Positions 41,088 to 53,563 are shown, numbered from the stretch's first letter. The stretch: DNA of 64,000 nucleotides from Coleofasciculus chthonoplastes F2-STO-03 (GCA_040222015.1 JAVJWO010000018.1:1-64000), one strand, 5' to 3'. Translations and numbers: made by a program. Notes: generated from the letters alone by a model not told the origin.

Positions 41088-41618
41088 ATGGCTATTATGG
41101 GTAGTTTTTCAATGTTAGCTACCGCCGAAAGAGGATTTGGTCTCAACCTCGATATTTTAGAAACCAATGTGATTAATTTGGTGATTATTATCGGGGTACT
41201 GATTTACTTTGGGCGATCATTTTTAGGGAATACCCTATCGGAGCGACGTTCCAGTATTGAAAACGCCATTAGCGATGCCGAAAAGCAGAAGAAAGACGCC
41301 GCCGCCGCCTTAGCGGATGCCCAGCAAAAGCTGGCACAAGCCCAAGCGGAAGCTGAAAAGATTCGGGCAAAGGCAGAAGAAAATGCCAACGTCGCTAGAG
41401 AATCAATTTTGGCAGCGTCGGCTAAAGATGTGGAACGGATGAAAGCGTCAGCCGTTCAGGATTTAAACTCAGAACGGGAACGTGCGATCGCACAACTTCG
41501 CCAACAGGTAGTTGCCTTAGCTATGGAGCGTGTCGAGTCGCAACTCAAAAGTCAGTTAGACGAATCGGCACAGCATACCTTAGTTGACCGCAGCATTGAG
41601 CGAGTAGGAGCGAGATAA
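41088..41618 (+). CDS. atpF: F0 subunit b
   Basis: FGLNLDILETNVINL. Confidence 0.95.
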   Translation: MAIMGSFSMLATAERGFGLNLDILETNVINLVIIIGVLIYFGRSFLGNTLSERRSSIENAISDAEKQKKDAAAALADAQQKLAQAQAEAEKIRAKAEENANVARESILAASAKDVERMKASAVQDLNSERERAIAQLRQQVVALAMERVESQLKSQLDESAQHTLVDRSIERVGAR

Positions 41619-41620
41619 TT

Positions 41621-42178
41621 ATGAAAGGAAGTTCATTTAGTGCTGAGGTAGTTGAGCCTTATGCAGAGGCGTTGATGTCTGTGGCTCAAGAACATAACCT
41701 CGTGGATAAATTCGGTGAAGATGTTGCCGCGTTGCTCGATACGTTAAAAGAATCAGAGGAATTGCAGCAATTTTTAGGCAATCCGATTGTCAAAGCCGAG
41801 GACAAAAAAGCCGTCTTAGAACAAATCAGCGGGGATCAAATTCACCCCTACATGGTGAATTTTTTAAAGATTCTCGTAGAGCGGCGGCGCATTCTGTTTT
41901 TGAGAGACGTATGTAAGCAGTATCAAGCACTTTTGCGAGAGTTAAAACAAGCGGTTTTAGCTGAAGTCGTCTCCGCCGTTGAACTCAATGACGACCAAAA
42001 GCAGGCGGTGCGCCAGAAAGTTCTCACCATGACCAATGCCCAAGATGTAGAACTAGATACCCAAATTGACGCCGATTTACTCGGTGGTGTGATTATTAAA
42101 GTGGAGTCTCAAGTTGTTGATGCCAGTCTGCGTGGACAACTGCGTCGTATTGGTGTGAGCTTGAGTCGTTCGACTTAA
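41621..42178 (+). CDS. atpD: F1 subunit delta
   Basis: PYAEAL, LLGGVIIKV, VDASLRGQL. Confidence 0.95.
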   Translation: MKGSSFSAEVVEPYAEALMSVAQEHNLVDKFGEDVAALLDTLKESEELQQFLGNPIVKAEDKKAVLEQISGDQIHPYMVNFLKILVERRRILFLRDVCKQYQALLRELKQAVLAEVVSAVELNDDQKQAVRQKVLTMTNAQDVELDTQIDADLLGGVIIKVESQVVDASLRGQLRRIGVSLSRST

Positions 42179-42312
42179 ATGTCAAACGTCATGTTCCAGA
42201 TGTAGCAGTCTACGTCTGTGATAAGTCATAAGCTAAATTCACGAGGCAAATGACGAATGACCAATGACATAAGACCAATGACATAAGACAAAAAAGTAGA
42301 GGGATTAGTTGA

Positions 42313-43830
<1,518 letters not shown>

Positions 43831-43909
43831 CGTTCCTCGTTCAGAGTTCAGGGTTCATGGGTAACAAGTCCTGAACCCTGGACAATCAAGACTTAACCAT
43901 AAACAGACT

Positions 43910-44860
43910 ATGCCTAATTTAAAAGCGATTCGCGATCGCATAAAATCCGTCAAAAATACTCAGAAAATTACCGAAGCGATGCGTCTGGTGGCAGCCGCCA
44001 AGGTGCGTCGCGCCCAACAACAGGTGACATCGACTCGTCCCTTTGCTGATCGCTTGGCGCAGGTTCTCTATGGGTTGCAGAACCGTCTCCAATTTGAAGA
44101 CGTCGACTTACCCTTGCTCAAACAACGGGACGTCAAGTCTGTTGGCATACTCGTCGTATCTGGCGATCGCGGTTTGTGTGGCGGTTACAATAACAACGTG
44201 ATCCGCCGTGCCGAAAACCGCGCCAAGGAACTCCACAAAGAAGGCATCGACTACAAATATGTCTTAATCGGACGCAAAGCGATCCAGTATTTTGAGCGCC
44301 GGGAGCAGCCAATTGACGCCAAATACACAGGCTTAGAACAAATTCCCACGGCACCTGAAGCCTCAATGATTGCCGATGAATTGCTCTCCTTGTTCCTATC
44401 GGAAGAAGTGGATCGGGTTGAACTGGTTTACACCAAGTTTGTCTCCTTAATTAGTTCTCGCCCGGTGGTACAAACATTATTACCCTTAACCGCCCAAGGA
44501 TTAGAGGCACAAGATGATGAAATCTTCCGCCTCACTACTCGCGGCGGTAACTTTGAGGTACAACGGGAAAAAGTGACGACAGAAAACCGTGCTTTATCCC
44601 GTGACATGATCTTTGAACAAGATCCAGTCCAAATTCTGGATGCCTTACTACCGTTGTATTTGAACAACCAGCTTCTGCGGGCATTACAAGAGTCAGCCGC
44701 TAGCGAATTAGCCGCCCGGATGACGTCGATGAACAACGCTAGTGATAATGCCACTGAATTGATTGGCACCCTTAGTCTGTCTTACAACAAAGCGCGACAA
44801 GCTTCCATTACTCAAGAACTTCTGGAAGTAGTTGGCGGCGCCAGCGCTCTTGGGGGCTAG
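43910..44860 (+). CDS. atpC: F1 subunit gamma
   Basis: [28 protein letters not shown]. Confidence 0.97.
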   Translation: MPNLKAIRDRIKSVKNTQKITEAMRLVAAAKVRRAQQQVTSTRPFADRLAQVLYGLQNRLQFEDVDLPLLKQRDVKSVGILVVSGDRGLCGGYNNNVIRRAENRAKELHKEGIDYKYVLIGRKAIQYFERREQPIDAKYTGLEQIPTAPEASMIADELLSLFLSEEVDRVELVYTKFVSLISSRPVVQTLLPLTAQGLEAQDDEIFRLTTRGGNFEVQREKVTTENRALSRDMIFEQDPVQILDALLPLYLNNQLLRALQESAASELAARMTSMNNASDNATELIGTLSLSYNKARQASITQELLEVVGGASALGG

Positions 44861-44884
44861 TATTGCTTCCTGGGAATTCAATGT

Positions 44885-44913
44885 GAGCGTCTGGGTTAAC
44901 TCAGGCGCTTTTT
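44885..44913 (+). terminator. Intrinsic terminator of the atp operon
   Basis: agcgtctgggtt-aactcaggcgct followed by a T-tract. Confidence 0.7.
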
Positions 44914-45040
44914 ATCTCTTGTGAGGGTTAGAAGCTGTTTGCTAATTTATAGACACACCCAAGAATTAACCCACCCCAAACAACCAACCAACATTGTAGA
45001 GACGTAGCATGCTACGTCTCTACAGTGTGACGGATCTGAA

Positions 45041-45373
45041 TTACCAACCCGCTTCAGCTTGCTCTAACACATAAGCCGCAACGTTTTCAATTTGGTCAGC
45101 CTTTAAGCTTCCGCCAAAAGCAGGCATAGCCCCTTTTCCGTTTGTTACCTGGTAGACAATTGCATCCATGGAGTCCATGCCATACTTCTCCAAGGCATCT
45201 TTTTTCAGGGTCTTCTGTGCCATAACAATGTTGTTGCCCCCTATATGGCAAGCATTACAGTTAGCACTAAAAATTTTGGCGCCATTTACCGTGTCAGCAG
45301 CGAGAGCCGGACGGCTGAATGCCAAACCAAACACAGCGACGGCAAGTAAAATGATGGACAGAATTTTCTTCAA
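45041..45373 (-). CDS. petJ: Cytochrome c6
   Basis: Signal peptide, CNACH haem motif, [12 protein letters not shown] start with GAGG RBS. Confidence 0.92.
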   Translation of the reverse strand: MKKILSIILLAVAVFGLAFSRPALAADTVNGAKIFSANCNACHIGGNNIVMAQKTLKKDALEKYGMDSMDAIVYQVTNGKGAMPAFGGSLKADQIENVAAYVLEQAEAGW

Positions 45374-45920
45374 TGTAGTTCTCCTCTTCTCAAAACAGAC
45401 AGTAAGTATTATTGCTCAATTATCAATTGCAGCAATGTGGGACAGAATTGACCTAATCCATCAATCCGATGCTATAGGCATGATGCAATAGTGTCTGCCT
45501 TTCTACAAATTTTACCAGGATACGCGCCTAATCCAGAGTTTCGTCCCAAAGTCAAATAGCCGAGACACCGGGAAGCTGGGGAAGCTGGGGGAGCTGGGGA
45601 AGCTGGGGAAGCCAATGTAGAGACGTGCCATGGCACGTCTGGGAGCCGGGGGAGAAAAAATTCAATTAGAGCTTGAACGATGAATCATCAACCCGGAAGA
45701 TTGATTAAATTTTAAGGAAAGATTAAGTTTGCAAACGGTTTGTAATAAATCCCATACTATTTGATACAAAACTCAAATATTCCCAATTTTTTTTAGGATT
45801 AATATCCCCAATTGGTGAACTAAATCACACATCGATGATTGGAAAACAAATAAAATATCCTCAAAGCGGCGGTTGATCTGTAAAGCTAAATATATTTACT
45901 TAAGTAAAGGGAAACCTAAA

Positions 45921-47381
45921 ATGACAGCCAAAAAGCTTCATCAGCAAGAGAGTTCTTATAATTATCAAACCAATGGACGGATAAATACAGGATTCAAAGA
46001 CGCTGTAGGTATAGAGACTTTAGCGAATCTAGGGATTGGGCAGCAAAACTTTGTGAATAGGAATTTGGAGCGAACACTTAAGGAATTATCCGATTTAGAA
46101 TTTGCGTTAGATAGAGCCGCAATTGTGGCGCTTACCGATAAACAGGGCGTGATTCACTATGTCAATGATAAATTTTGCGAAATATCACAATATCGTCGAG
46201 AAGAGTTAATTGGCAAAACCCATCGCCTGATCAAATCGGGTCATCATCCGCCAGCATTTTTTAAAGAATTCTGGACGACGATCGCATCGGGCAAAGTCTG
46301 GAAAGGCGAAATTAAGAATAAAGCCAAGGATGGAACCTATTATTGGGTAGATACCACAGTCGTTCCCTTTTTGAATGAGCAGGGGGAAATCTACCAATAT
46401 TTAGCGATTCGCTTTGATATCACCGAGCGCAAGCAGGTAGAAGAAGCCTTGCAACGATCAGAACAGAAGGCGCGACAACAAGCACAACAACTCGAAGAGG
46501 CATTGGAGAAGCTTAAACAAACCCAAAGTCAACTGATTCAAAGCGAAAAAATGTCAAGCGTGGGTCAACTGCTGGCTGGAATTGCCCACGAAATTAATAA
46601 TCCGGTCAATTTTATCTACGGCAATCTGGTTCATACTCGCGAGTATGTTAATAGTGTGTTACAAGTTTTGGCGCTTTACCAGAAACATTGTCCCGTGGAA
46701 ATACCTGAGATTGAAGCCGTTATCGAGGACGAGGATATCGAGTTTATTGTTGAAGATTTACCCAAAATGGTGTCGTCTATGCAAATCGGAGCCAACCGCA
46801 TCCGAGACATTGTGCTGTCGTTGCGGAACTTCTCACGTCTGGATGAGCAACAGATGCAACCGGTTGATATTCATCAAGGGTTAGAGAGTACATTATTGAT
46901 TCTGCACAATCGATTAAAAGCTAAAGCTGAACGCCCGGAAATTCAGGTGATTAAAAACTATGGGGAGTTGCCACCTGTAATATGTTATGGCAGTCAGCTT
47001 AATCAAGTGTTTATGAATCTGATTGCTAATGCAATTGACGCCTTTGAGAATCAGCCGGAACCGCGACAAATTACGATTTATACAGCCGTACAAAGCGGGG
47101 AATATTGGCAGAAGCAGGGGATACTTTCAGAGTGCGATCGCGCTTCTCAGACGCCGTGGGTGGTGATTACCATTGCCGATAATGGACCCGGAATGCCAAA
47201 AGCGACTCAGGATCACTTATTTGATCCCTTCTTTACCACCAAACCCACGGGGAAGGGGACAGGGTTAGGGTTATCCATCGCCCATAATATCATCGTCGAA
47301 AAGCACCAGGGTCAAATCCGATGTATTTCCCAGGATGGAAAGGGAACTCAGTTTATCGTGGCGATTCCCTTGGTGCAGTAG
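45921..47381 (+). CDS. PAS-domain sensor histidine kinase (NtrB-like HisKA)
   Basis: PAS (VNDKFCEISQY...WKGEIKN), AHEINNP, NLIANAIDA, DNGPG, PFFTTK, GTGLGL. Confidence 0.93.
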   Translation: MTAKKLHQQESSYNYQTNGRINTGFKDAVGIETLANLGIGQQNFVNRNLERTLKELSDLEFALDRAAIVALTDKQGVIHYVNDKFCEISQYRREELIGKTHRLIKSGHHPPAFFKEFWTTIASGKVWKGEIKNKAKDGTYYWVDTTVVPFLNEQGEIYQYLAIRFDITERKQVEEALQRSEQKARQQAQQLEEALEKLKQTQSQLIQSEKMSSVGQLLAGIAHEINNPVNFIYGNLVHTREYVNSVLQVLALYQKHCPVEIPEIEAVIEDEDIEFIVEDLPKMVSSMQIGANRIRDIVLSLRNFSRLDEQQMQPVDIHQGLESTLLILHNRLKAKAERPEIQVIKNYGELPPVICYGSQLNQVFMNLIANAIDAFENQPEPRQITIYTAVQSGEYWQKQGILSECDRASQTPWVVITIADNGPGMPKATQDHLFDPFFTTKPTGKGTGLGLSIAHNIIVEKHQGQIRCISQDGKGTQFIVAIPLVQ

Positions 47382-47514
47382 GGATGGAGGAGATGGGGAA
47401 GCTTGTAGAGACGTAGCATGCTACGTCTGGGAGATGGGGGAAACGAATAACGAATGACAAATAACGAATAATAAATCTGCCAAAATAGGAACAAAGGGTT
47501 TAAATGCACAGGCG

Positions 47515-48531
47515 ATGGCGTGGACAATAGGGCAGAAACTACACAATGGTCAATACACCATTGAGAAAACATTAGGCAAGGCGGGTTTCAGTATTACCTA
47601 CCTAGCGACAGACGCACAAGGAAACGAACTGGTTATCAAAACGCTGAATGAGGATCGACTCAAAAAGCTAACTCCTTTACGTCGGGAAAGTCTCAAATGT
47701 AAGTTTGTCAATGAGGCGCGGCGGCTAGAAGGCTGTCGGCATCCTCATGTCGTCAAGGTGTACAAGACGTTCGTTGAAGGACAGTTTTTTTGTCTGGCGA
47801 TGGAGTACATTCGGGGAAAGACTCTAGGGAACCTGTCTCAACGAGTGTTACCCGAAAAGGAAGCGTTGAGTTATATCCAGCAGATGGGGGAAGCGCTGAT
47901 TGCCGCCCATCAGCAGGGATTGCTGCATCAGAATGTAAAACCTGCCAATATTATGGTGAGGGCGGGTCAATATCAGGCGGTACTGATTGATTTTGACCTG
48001 GGCGGGAAATTTGAGTATCCCTTAACCTTGGGATGGCAAGATGAAGTCTTTGCCCCGATTGAACTCAAGTCGAAGACGCGATCGCGCGGCACCTTTACGG
48101 ATGTCTATTCTCTGGCTGCAACGCTGTATGTACTCTTAACCGGGAAGCTACCCGCCACCTCTAGCGATCGCCAAAAGGGTAAGGCGGATTTAATTCCCCC
48201 AAAACAGATTAATTCTCAAATTTCTAAGCGCGTTAATAAAGCGATTTTGGCGGGAATGAAACTTGAACCCGAAGCACGTCCCAAGTCGGTGCTGGATTGG
48301 TTGAAATTGTTGGGGCTACACAAAGGTGGTGTGATTTCTGGGTTAGGCAAACAACCCCGTTGGGCGATGGTTGTTGGAATTTTAGGGGTAGCTGGCATCG
48401 TCGCTGGCGTGGTATCTGCCAGTCTTGAAAGAACAGAATTTTGGGAAAGGGTTATTCCTGAATTCTCTCCAGAAGTCAACCCCTCCGTCTCATCCCCCTT
48501 ATACTTAAAATCACCAGAAACCGAAGAATAG
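47515..48531 (+). CDS. Hanks-type Ser/Thr kinase homologue with degenerate catalytic motifs (probable pseudokinase) and a C-terminal TM helix
   Basis: VIK and KPANI retained, but HRD is HQN, DFG is DFD and the Gly loop is GKAGFS. Confidence 0.8.
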   Translation: MAWTIGQKLHNGQYTIEKTLGKAGFSITYLATDAQGNELVIKTLNEDRLKKLTPLRRESLKCKFVNEARRLEGCRHPHVVKVYKTFVEGQFFCLAMEYIRGKTLGNLSQRVLPEKEALSYIQQMGEALIAAHQQGLLHQNVKPANIMVRAGQYQAVLIDFDLGGKFEYPLTLGWQDEVFAPIELKSKTRSRGTFTDVYSLAATLYVLLTGKLPATSSDRQKGKADLIPPKQINSQISKRVNKAILAGMKLEPEARPKSVLDWLKLLGLHKGGVISGLGKQPRWAMVVGILGVAGIVAGVVSASLERTEFWERVIPEFSPEVNPSVSSPLYLKSPETEE

Positions 48532-48577
48532 CTCTGCGATCGCGCGATTGCTCCGATGACCCCCGGACAAGTGACAA

Positions 48578-49246
48578 ATGACGAATAACAAAATTCTCAG
48601 TTGGCAAGACATTCGCCAACACCTAAAGCACCCCTTGATTTTAGCAACTCCGGTAACCTTACACGTATGCCGCCATGCTCAAAGCACCGTCAATGCCCAA
48701 AAGCGAATTGCGGGTTCTCAAGACGTAGACTTAACGCCTGAAGGCGAAGCACAAGCTAGAGTATTAGGAACTCAACTTGATCCGGAGTACAGTTTAGCCT
48801 TTGCCTCTGGGTTAAAACGTGCCTATAAAACGTTAGATATTGCTATAACTAGCGGCAATATCAGTGTGGGTAGTATCCGCAAAGATAAGCGACTGAATGA
48901 ACGGAACTTAGGCGTATTAGAATGCGGTAAACTGCGATTTATTCCCGAATATGCCGCTGGTGATTTAAACTATGCCCCCGAAAATGGCGAAAGTTATGCC
49001 CAATTAGCTCAACGTATTTTCTCTTTTTTGATTGATTTGGCTCAGGTGACACAAACGAGCGACGTGAATAAAGTGCTAATTTTTAGTCACATTGGTTCAA
49101 TCCGGATTCTGGTTAGTATTATTACGGAAAATACCAGTTCTGTGGATGTATTGAGTCAGAGATTTGGGAATACGGAGTTAATAAAATTAGATTGGCATCG
49201 TTTAATTATCCCAGAATTTATAGAGAAAGGTGGAATTTTTCAATAA
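48578..49246 (+). CDS. Histidine phosphatase (phosphoglycerate mutase-like) protein
   Basis: CRHAQS, D.DLT..G..QA, RA..T, LNER..G, GES, FSH. Confidence 0.85.
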   Translation: MTNNKILSWQDIRQHLKHPLILATPVTLHVCRHAQSTVNAQKRIAGSQDVDLTPEGEAQARVLGTQLDPEYSLAFASGLKRAYKTLDIAITSGNISVGSIRKDKRLNERNLGVLECGKLRFIPEYAAGDLNYAPENGESYAQLAQRIFSFLIDLAQVTQTSDVNKVLIFSHIGSIRILVSIITENTSSVDVLSQRFGNTELIKLDWHRLIIPEFIEKGGIFQ

Positions 49247-49254
49247 ATGAATAA

Positions 49255-49552
49255 GTAGGGGCGGGTTTAGGGGCAAAATAGATGGGGAAACCAATAACAT
49301 TCAGACAAAAACCGCCCAGCGTCACCAATAACATTCGATTAATCTGTAGGGGCGGGTTTAGGGGCAAAATTGATGGGAAAACTAATAACATTCAGACAAA
49401 ACCCGCCCAGCGTCACCAATAACATTCGATTAATGGATGCGATCGCGTGAAATATTAGGCGGTATTTCGTGGTTTAGCGGTGGGGATAGGGCGGGTTTCG
49501 TTGTTTGGTTTGAGGTGTTGTCTCATGATTTAATCCCTAAACCCGCCCCTAC
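49255..49552. repeat. REP/REPIN cluster (GGGCGGGTTT...AAACCCGCCC, three pairs); left copy of a ~295-bp direct repeat
   Basis: Direct reading; near-identical to 50148..50442. Confidence 0.9.
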
Positions 49553-49588
49553 ACGTTTTGCCAAAGGAAAACCTCGTGCAATCTGATC

Positions 49589-50140
49589 ATGAAATACAAT
49601 CCAGATCAACATCATCGACGTTCAATTCGCCTGAAAGACTATGATTATACACAGCCTGGAGCCTATTTTATTACCATTTGTACTTGGCAACGCCAAACCC
49701 TGTTAGGTGAAATCATCGATAGTCAAATGCAGTTAAGCGATTCCGGCAAATTTGTCTATTTACATTGGCAAAATTTGCTTCACCATCATCCTAATTTAAA
49801 ATTAGATGAATTTATGATTATGCCCAATCATCTCCATGGCATCCTGATATTGACAGCGGATACTACCAGTCAAAAACACCATGGCTTGCCAGAGATTATC
49901 CGGGGATTCAAAACCTTTTCAGCACGCCGCATTAATAAAAATCGTCGCCAGAGTGGTGTCCCTGTGTGGCAACGTGGCTATTATGAACATATTATCCGCA
50001 ATGAACAATCATTAACCGCGATTCGTGAATACATTGTGAATAATCCCATAGCCTGGGAAGAAGACGAATTGCACCCTAGTGGTTCTCAAGAATGGGATGG
50101 AACCATTAAAAAATTAGCTTTGCATAAGAATCGAAGATAA
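49589..50140 (+). CDS. REP-associated tyrosine transposase (RAYT/TnpA-REP)
   Basis: RRSIRL..YDY...G.YFITIC, HUH motif MPNHLHGI, WQRGYYEHIIR, catalytic YI.NNP. Confidence 0.92.
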   Translation: MKYNPDQHHRRSIRLKDYDYTQPGAYFITICTWQRQTLLGEIIDSQMQLSDSGKFVYLHWQNLLHHHPNLKLDEFMIMPNHLHGILILTADTTSQKHHGLPEIIRGFKTFSARRINKNRRQSGVPVWQRGYYEHIIRNEQSLTAIREYIVNNPIAWEEDELHPSGSQEWDGTIKKLALHKNRR

Positions 50141-50147
50141 ATCCGAT

Positions 50148-50442
50148 GTAGGGGCGGGTTTAGGAACAAAATTGACTGGAAAACCAATAACATTCATACA
50201 AAACCCGCCCGTTCCCACCAATAACATTCGATTAATCTGTAGGGGCGGGTTTAGGGACAAAATTGATGGGGAAACTAATAACATTCAGACAAAACTCGCC
50301 CAGCGTTACCGAAAACATTCGATTAATGGATGCGATCGCGTGAAATATTAGGCGGTATTTCGTGGTTTAGTGGGGATAGGGCGGGTTTCGTTGTTTAGTT
50401 TGAGGTGTTGTCTCATGATTTAATCCCTAAACCCGCCCCTAC
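50148..50442. repeat. REP/REPIN cluster; right copy of the ~295-bp direct repeat
   Basis: Direct reading. Confidence 0.9.
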
Positions 50443-50477
50443 AATTACCGTTAACTAGGATTACAGCAACAACCATT

Positions 50478-51806
50478 TTAACTGTTTTCTCTCAACCAAT
50501 TTTGAAACTTCTGTGTCTCTTCCAGCGCCGGATTGATGGAAAACCAATTCCCGTTGCGATCGCGGTATTCATAGACGAACATACTACGCAGCAGAGTGGT
50601 GTATTCCACGTCTCCTTTAACTGTCTGTTGTTGCACCACCTGAAACAGCAACTCCCACTCCTCATCATCAATGGATGAGGTGAGGTAATCCCGACTTTCA
50701 CGAATTACGCCTTCTAGACAATCCCGCGAAATCGGCGGGTCTATTTGTCGCAAACAGCCAAACAGGAGTCCCAGTAAGTTTCGCAGATGACCCCCGCTGA
50801 TTTGACAGAGACGATCTAAGGTTTCAGTATTATCAAAGACTTCGGGAAGTAAGGCGAATCGTTGTGCTGGGGTATGGTGGGGAAATGCTCTCACTAAGAC
50901 CATTTGCCGCAACAAATTCATCCCTTCTTTACATTCTGACCCATCCCGTTCGCGCACAGGAACCATGGGTAAAATAGTTGGCGGTAATCCACCCCCTAAG
51001 CGATTTTTTAGAATTTCCACATCATTGGAAAACGTTAATGATAACGGAAGGGTATAAACAACGTGACAATTCAGTTTTCGTAATTGGTCACCTCGGTCAA
51101 TAAATAAGTACTCGGGTTGTAAGCGTTCCGAGGGAAGTGGACGATTATCTACCCGATCCAAATTATCGACAATCACCACCAGCCCCGCTTTTCCCCGTCG
51201 CCGCAGTTCCGTGGTTGCCCGTCCTAATAGTTCGGTGTTAATCGATTCTAAAATACCACTGGTACGGGGTTCTAGATATTCCCGTAAGCGGCGGCGGAGT
51301 TTGGGACTTTCTTTGGTTTTGGCGGTAATTTTACCAATGCCAATCGAGAGTTCGGCTTCGGCATTTAGTTCAATCGGCGTTTGCAGGAAGTCGGCAATTT
51401 CACTAAACAAATTGGCAAAATAACCCGGATTGAGTTTAATTCTAATCGATTCTAAACTTTCACTGACTCGACCCGCTACACTCAGGAGAATATCCGTAAT
51501 ATCGACATCTGCCATATCTAAGTCTTGGGAGGACTCAAAGTAAACCACATAGTATCCCTGCTTTTCTAACTCGGCTTTGAGTCGCAGCAATTCGGTGGAT
51601 TTCCCACAGCCAATATGACCCGTAAACAGTTGGCAGGTGGGTTCATCGGGTGAAATTAAGGCAATGGTGCGTTGCAATGACTGAATAATTCGATTGCCTC
51701 TCACCGGGGAAAAATCAATATAATACTGCTGATCTTCAACTTCCCCCACGGTTAAGGGCTTGCTTGGATTGCACGCTTTATAAAATCTCGGTAGATCTAG
51801 TCCCAT
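50478..51806 (-). CDS. Cyanobacterial P-loop NTPase (AAA+/STAND-like ATP-binding protein)
   Basis: Walker A GHIGCGKSTEL, Walker B VVIVDNLD, SGGHLR. Confidence 0.85.
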   Translation of the reverse strand: MGLDLPRFYKACNPSKPLTVGEVEDQQYYIDFSPVRGNRIIQSLQRTIALISPDEPTCQLFTGHIGCGKSTELLRLKAELEKQGYYVVYFESSQDLDMADVDITDILLSVAGRVSESLESIRIKLNPGYFANLFSEIADFLQTPIELNAEAELSIGIGKITAKTKESPKLRRRLREYLEPRTSGILESINTELLGRATTELRRRGKAGLVVIVDNLDRVDNRPLPSERLQPEYLFIDRGDQLRKLNCHVVYTLPLSLTFSNDVEILKNRLGGGLPPTILPMVPVRERDGSECKEGMNLLRQMVLVRAFPHHTPAQRFALLPEVFDNTETLDRLCQISGGHLRNLLGLLFGCLRQIDPPISRDCLEGVIRESRDYLTSSIDDEEWELLFQVVQQQTVKGDVEYTTLLRSMFVYEYRDRNGNWFSINPALEETQKFQNWLRENS

Positions 51807-52122
51807 GAGTCATTATCGTCCTTATGCTATTGTCGTTGAAAGACATGCCATCTCGCCACGCGATCGCACTAGTCGCATTATCTTGGTTATCCTCGTCGTC
51901 ACAATAACCCGCCCACCGACAGGTTTTGGGTTTTTCTTTCCTAGCAGCAAGGAAAAATGGGGGAGACTCTTGCCTATCGAGTTTAACCTGAGACGTTCTC
52001 GGGCGAGATCTGGAAAATACCAACGCTTGATTTGCTGTGCTTCCAGAATGCGCTAAACTGTGACCTGCCTCAAGGAGTAAAATAGGGAACAGGAGGCTGA
52101 CACTTAATAGTCGTTTATTCAT
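51778..52122 (-). CDS. Hypothetical secreted protein
   Basis: Signal-peptide-like N-terminus, AGGA RBS; overlaps the start of the NTPase gene. Confidence 0.5.
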   Translation of the reverse strand: MNKRLLSVSLLFPILLLEAGHSLAHSGSTANQALVFSRSRPRTSQVKLDRQESPPFFLAARKEKPKTCRWAGYCDDEDNQDNATSAIAWRDGMSFNDNSIRTIMTHGTRSTEIL

Positions 52123-52405
52123 TTTTTCCTACAAATTGCTAGATCGATGTGAGGATTGCGATCACTCTTCCATCCGTTTTCTATTCACTATTCTGGACGC
52201 CTCACCCGCAATCAGGATACTATAGGTGTCTTGTTGTCAAGAAATTATCAGGATTGGGAACAGGTGAAGTTGGTTAAGAAATGTAACAACACTTGCGATC
52301 GCGCATACAATCCAAGACCAAATCTTGAGTAATAGACAGAGACTCACCTCCAGTTTGGCTTTGGGTTAAACCGTCCCCTAATCATCACGAGTTAAAATAG
52401 TAATC

Positions 52406-53425
52406 ATGAAAAATTCTTTAGCAGCGGCTATGGGTACGCCACGTCGAACGTTCCGCCAATTTACTCCCGTGCTTCTCAGTGTAGCGCTTTGTTGGACAAC
52501 ACTGGCTTGTCAGGATTCAACCAACTATTCTCAGTCTGTAGGACAGCAAAACACCAACACTGTATCGTCTCAGACTCGACTCACAGATGGGAAGTATCCT
52601 CTTCAGCAAGTGACCTACAATGACGCCAATGGGCAGTACACTTTATTTTTAATGAATTATACAGGCGCGGCGTACAGTACCACAAACCCGCAAATGATAC
52701 CCCTGACGCCAGAGGAACTTAATAGTGGGGAACAAAGTTATCTAAAAATGCAAAATAACCAAGCGGTTTTGCATTTGAGTCCAGAGTTTCAGATTGAATA
52801 TATCCACGCGGTTACTGAACCAGCCAGTAACAATGAAATGGTAATTGTGCGTGAGGAATCAACCTACTGGCAACCCTTTGAGAGTGACGGGGAGATTGAG
52901 ATTGAACTGGAGTTTCATTCCCCTCGCTATTATATTCCACCCCCCTATCAATCGGGGGCAGTGCTGCATAGTGGTTATCATGCCTCAAGTTATGACCAAG
53001 CGGTAGCGAAATATCAAAGCAGCCACGACACACCACCGCCTGCAGTACGGAACAATCAGTTACGTACATCGGGAGTCTTGCGGAAGTCAACCACGAGTCA
53101 AACCACAACTCCGAGAACCTCACCCGCATCCACGAATTCATCCAGTACAACCCCATCAACGCCAACGGATAAATCAACAACGCCTAACGTTTCACCGGGA
53201 ACAACGAATTCAGCTACAACCACTAAATCTGCTCCAACATCGACAGGTTCCTCAACAAGTTCCTCCCCGTCTTCATCAAGTAGCAAAACCACGGGTTCAG
53301 GTTACGGGAGTAGTAATTTAAGACAGTCTAGCCAATCGAAACCTAAATCGAGTTCATCCAGAAATAGTTCCTCTAGTTTTGGTAGTAGTAGCAGCAGATC
53401 TTCTGGGTCTAAGAAGAAACGTTGA
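52406..53425 (+). CDS. Hypothetical lipoprotein with a Ser/Thr-rich disordered C-terminus
   Basis: Lipobox-like TLAC; Y.LQQ.TY.DA.G.Y.L and YYIPPPYQSG segments; low-complexity tail. Confidence 0.8.
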   Translation: MKNSLAAAMGTPRRTFRQFTPVLLSVALCWTTLACQDSTNYSQSVGQQNTNTVSSQTRLTDGKYPLQQVTYNDANGQYTLFLMNYTGAAYSTTNPQMIPLTPEELNSGEQSYLKMQNNQAVLHLSPEFQIEYIHAVTEPASNNEMVIVREESTYWQPFESDGEIEIELEFHSPRYYIPPPYQSGAVLHSGYHASSYDQAVAKYQSSHDTPPPAVRNNQLRTSGVLRKSTTSQTTTPRTSPASTNSSSTTPSTPTDKSTTPNVSPGTTNSATTTKSAPTSTGSSTSSSPSSSSSKTTGSGYGSSNLRQSSQSKPKSSSSRNSSSSFGSSSSRSSGSKKKR

Positions 53426-53563
53426 ATAATTTTATTGGAGAAGTTACATCTACATAAGTATAGCGGTTCTCAATTACTAATGGCACACCAAAATGTAGGG
53501 GTACTATCCTTGCGCCCTTAGGCAATTAAGGACTCATTTAATTTAACGATCTAGGTTCCAATT

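Noticed and set aside
49255..50442. Repeat-spacer-like pattern suggesting a CRISPR array
   Set aside because: The units are inverted REP pairs, the intervening sequences are themselves repeated, they flank a RAYT, and no cas genes are present
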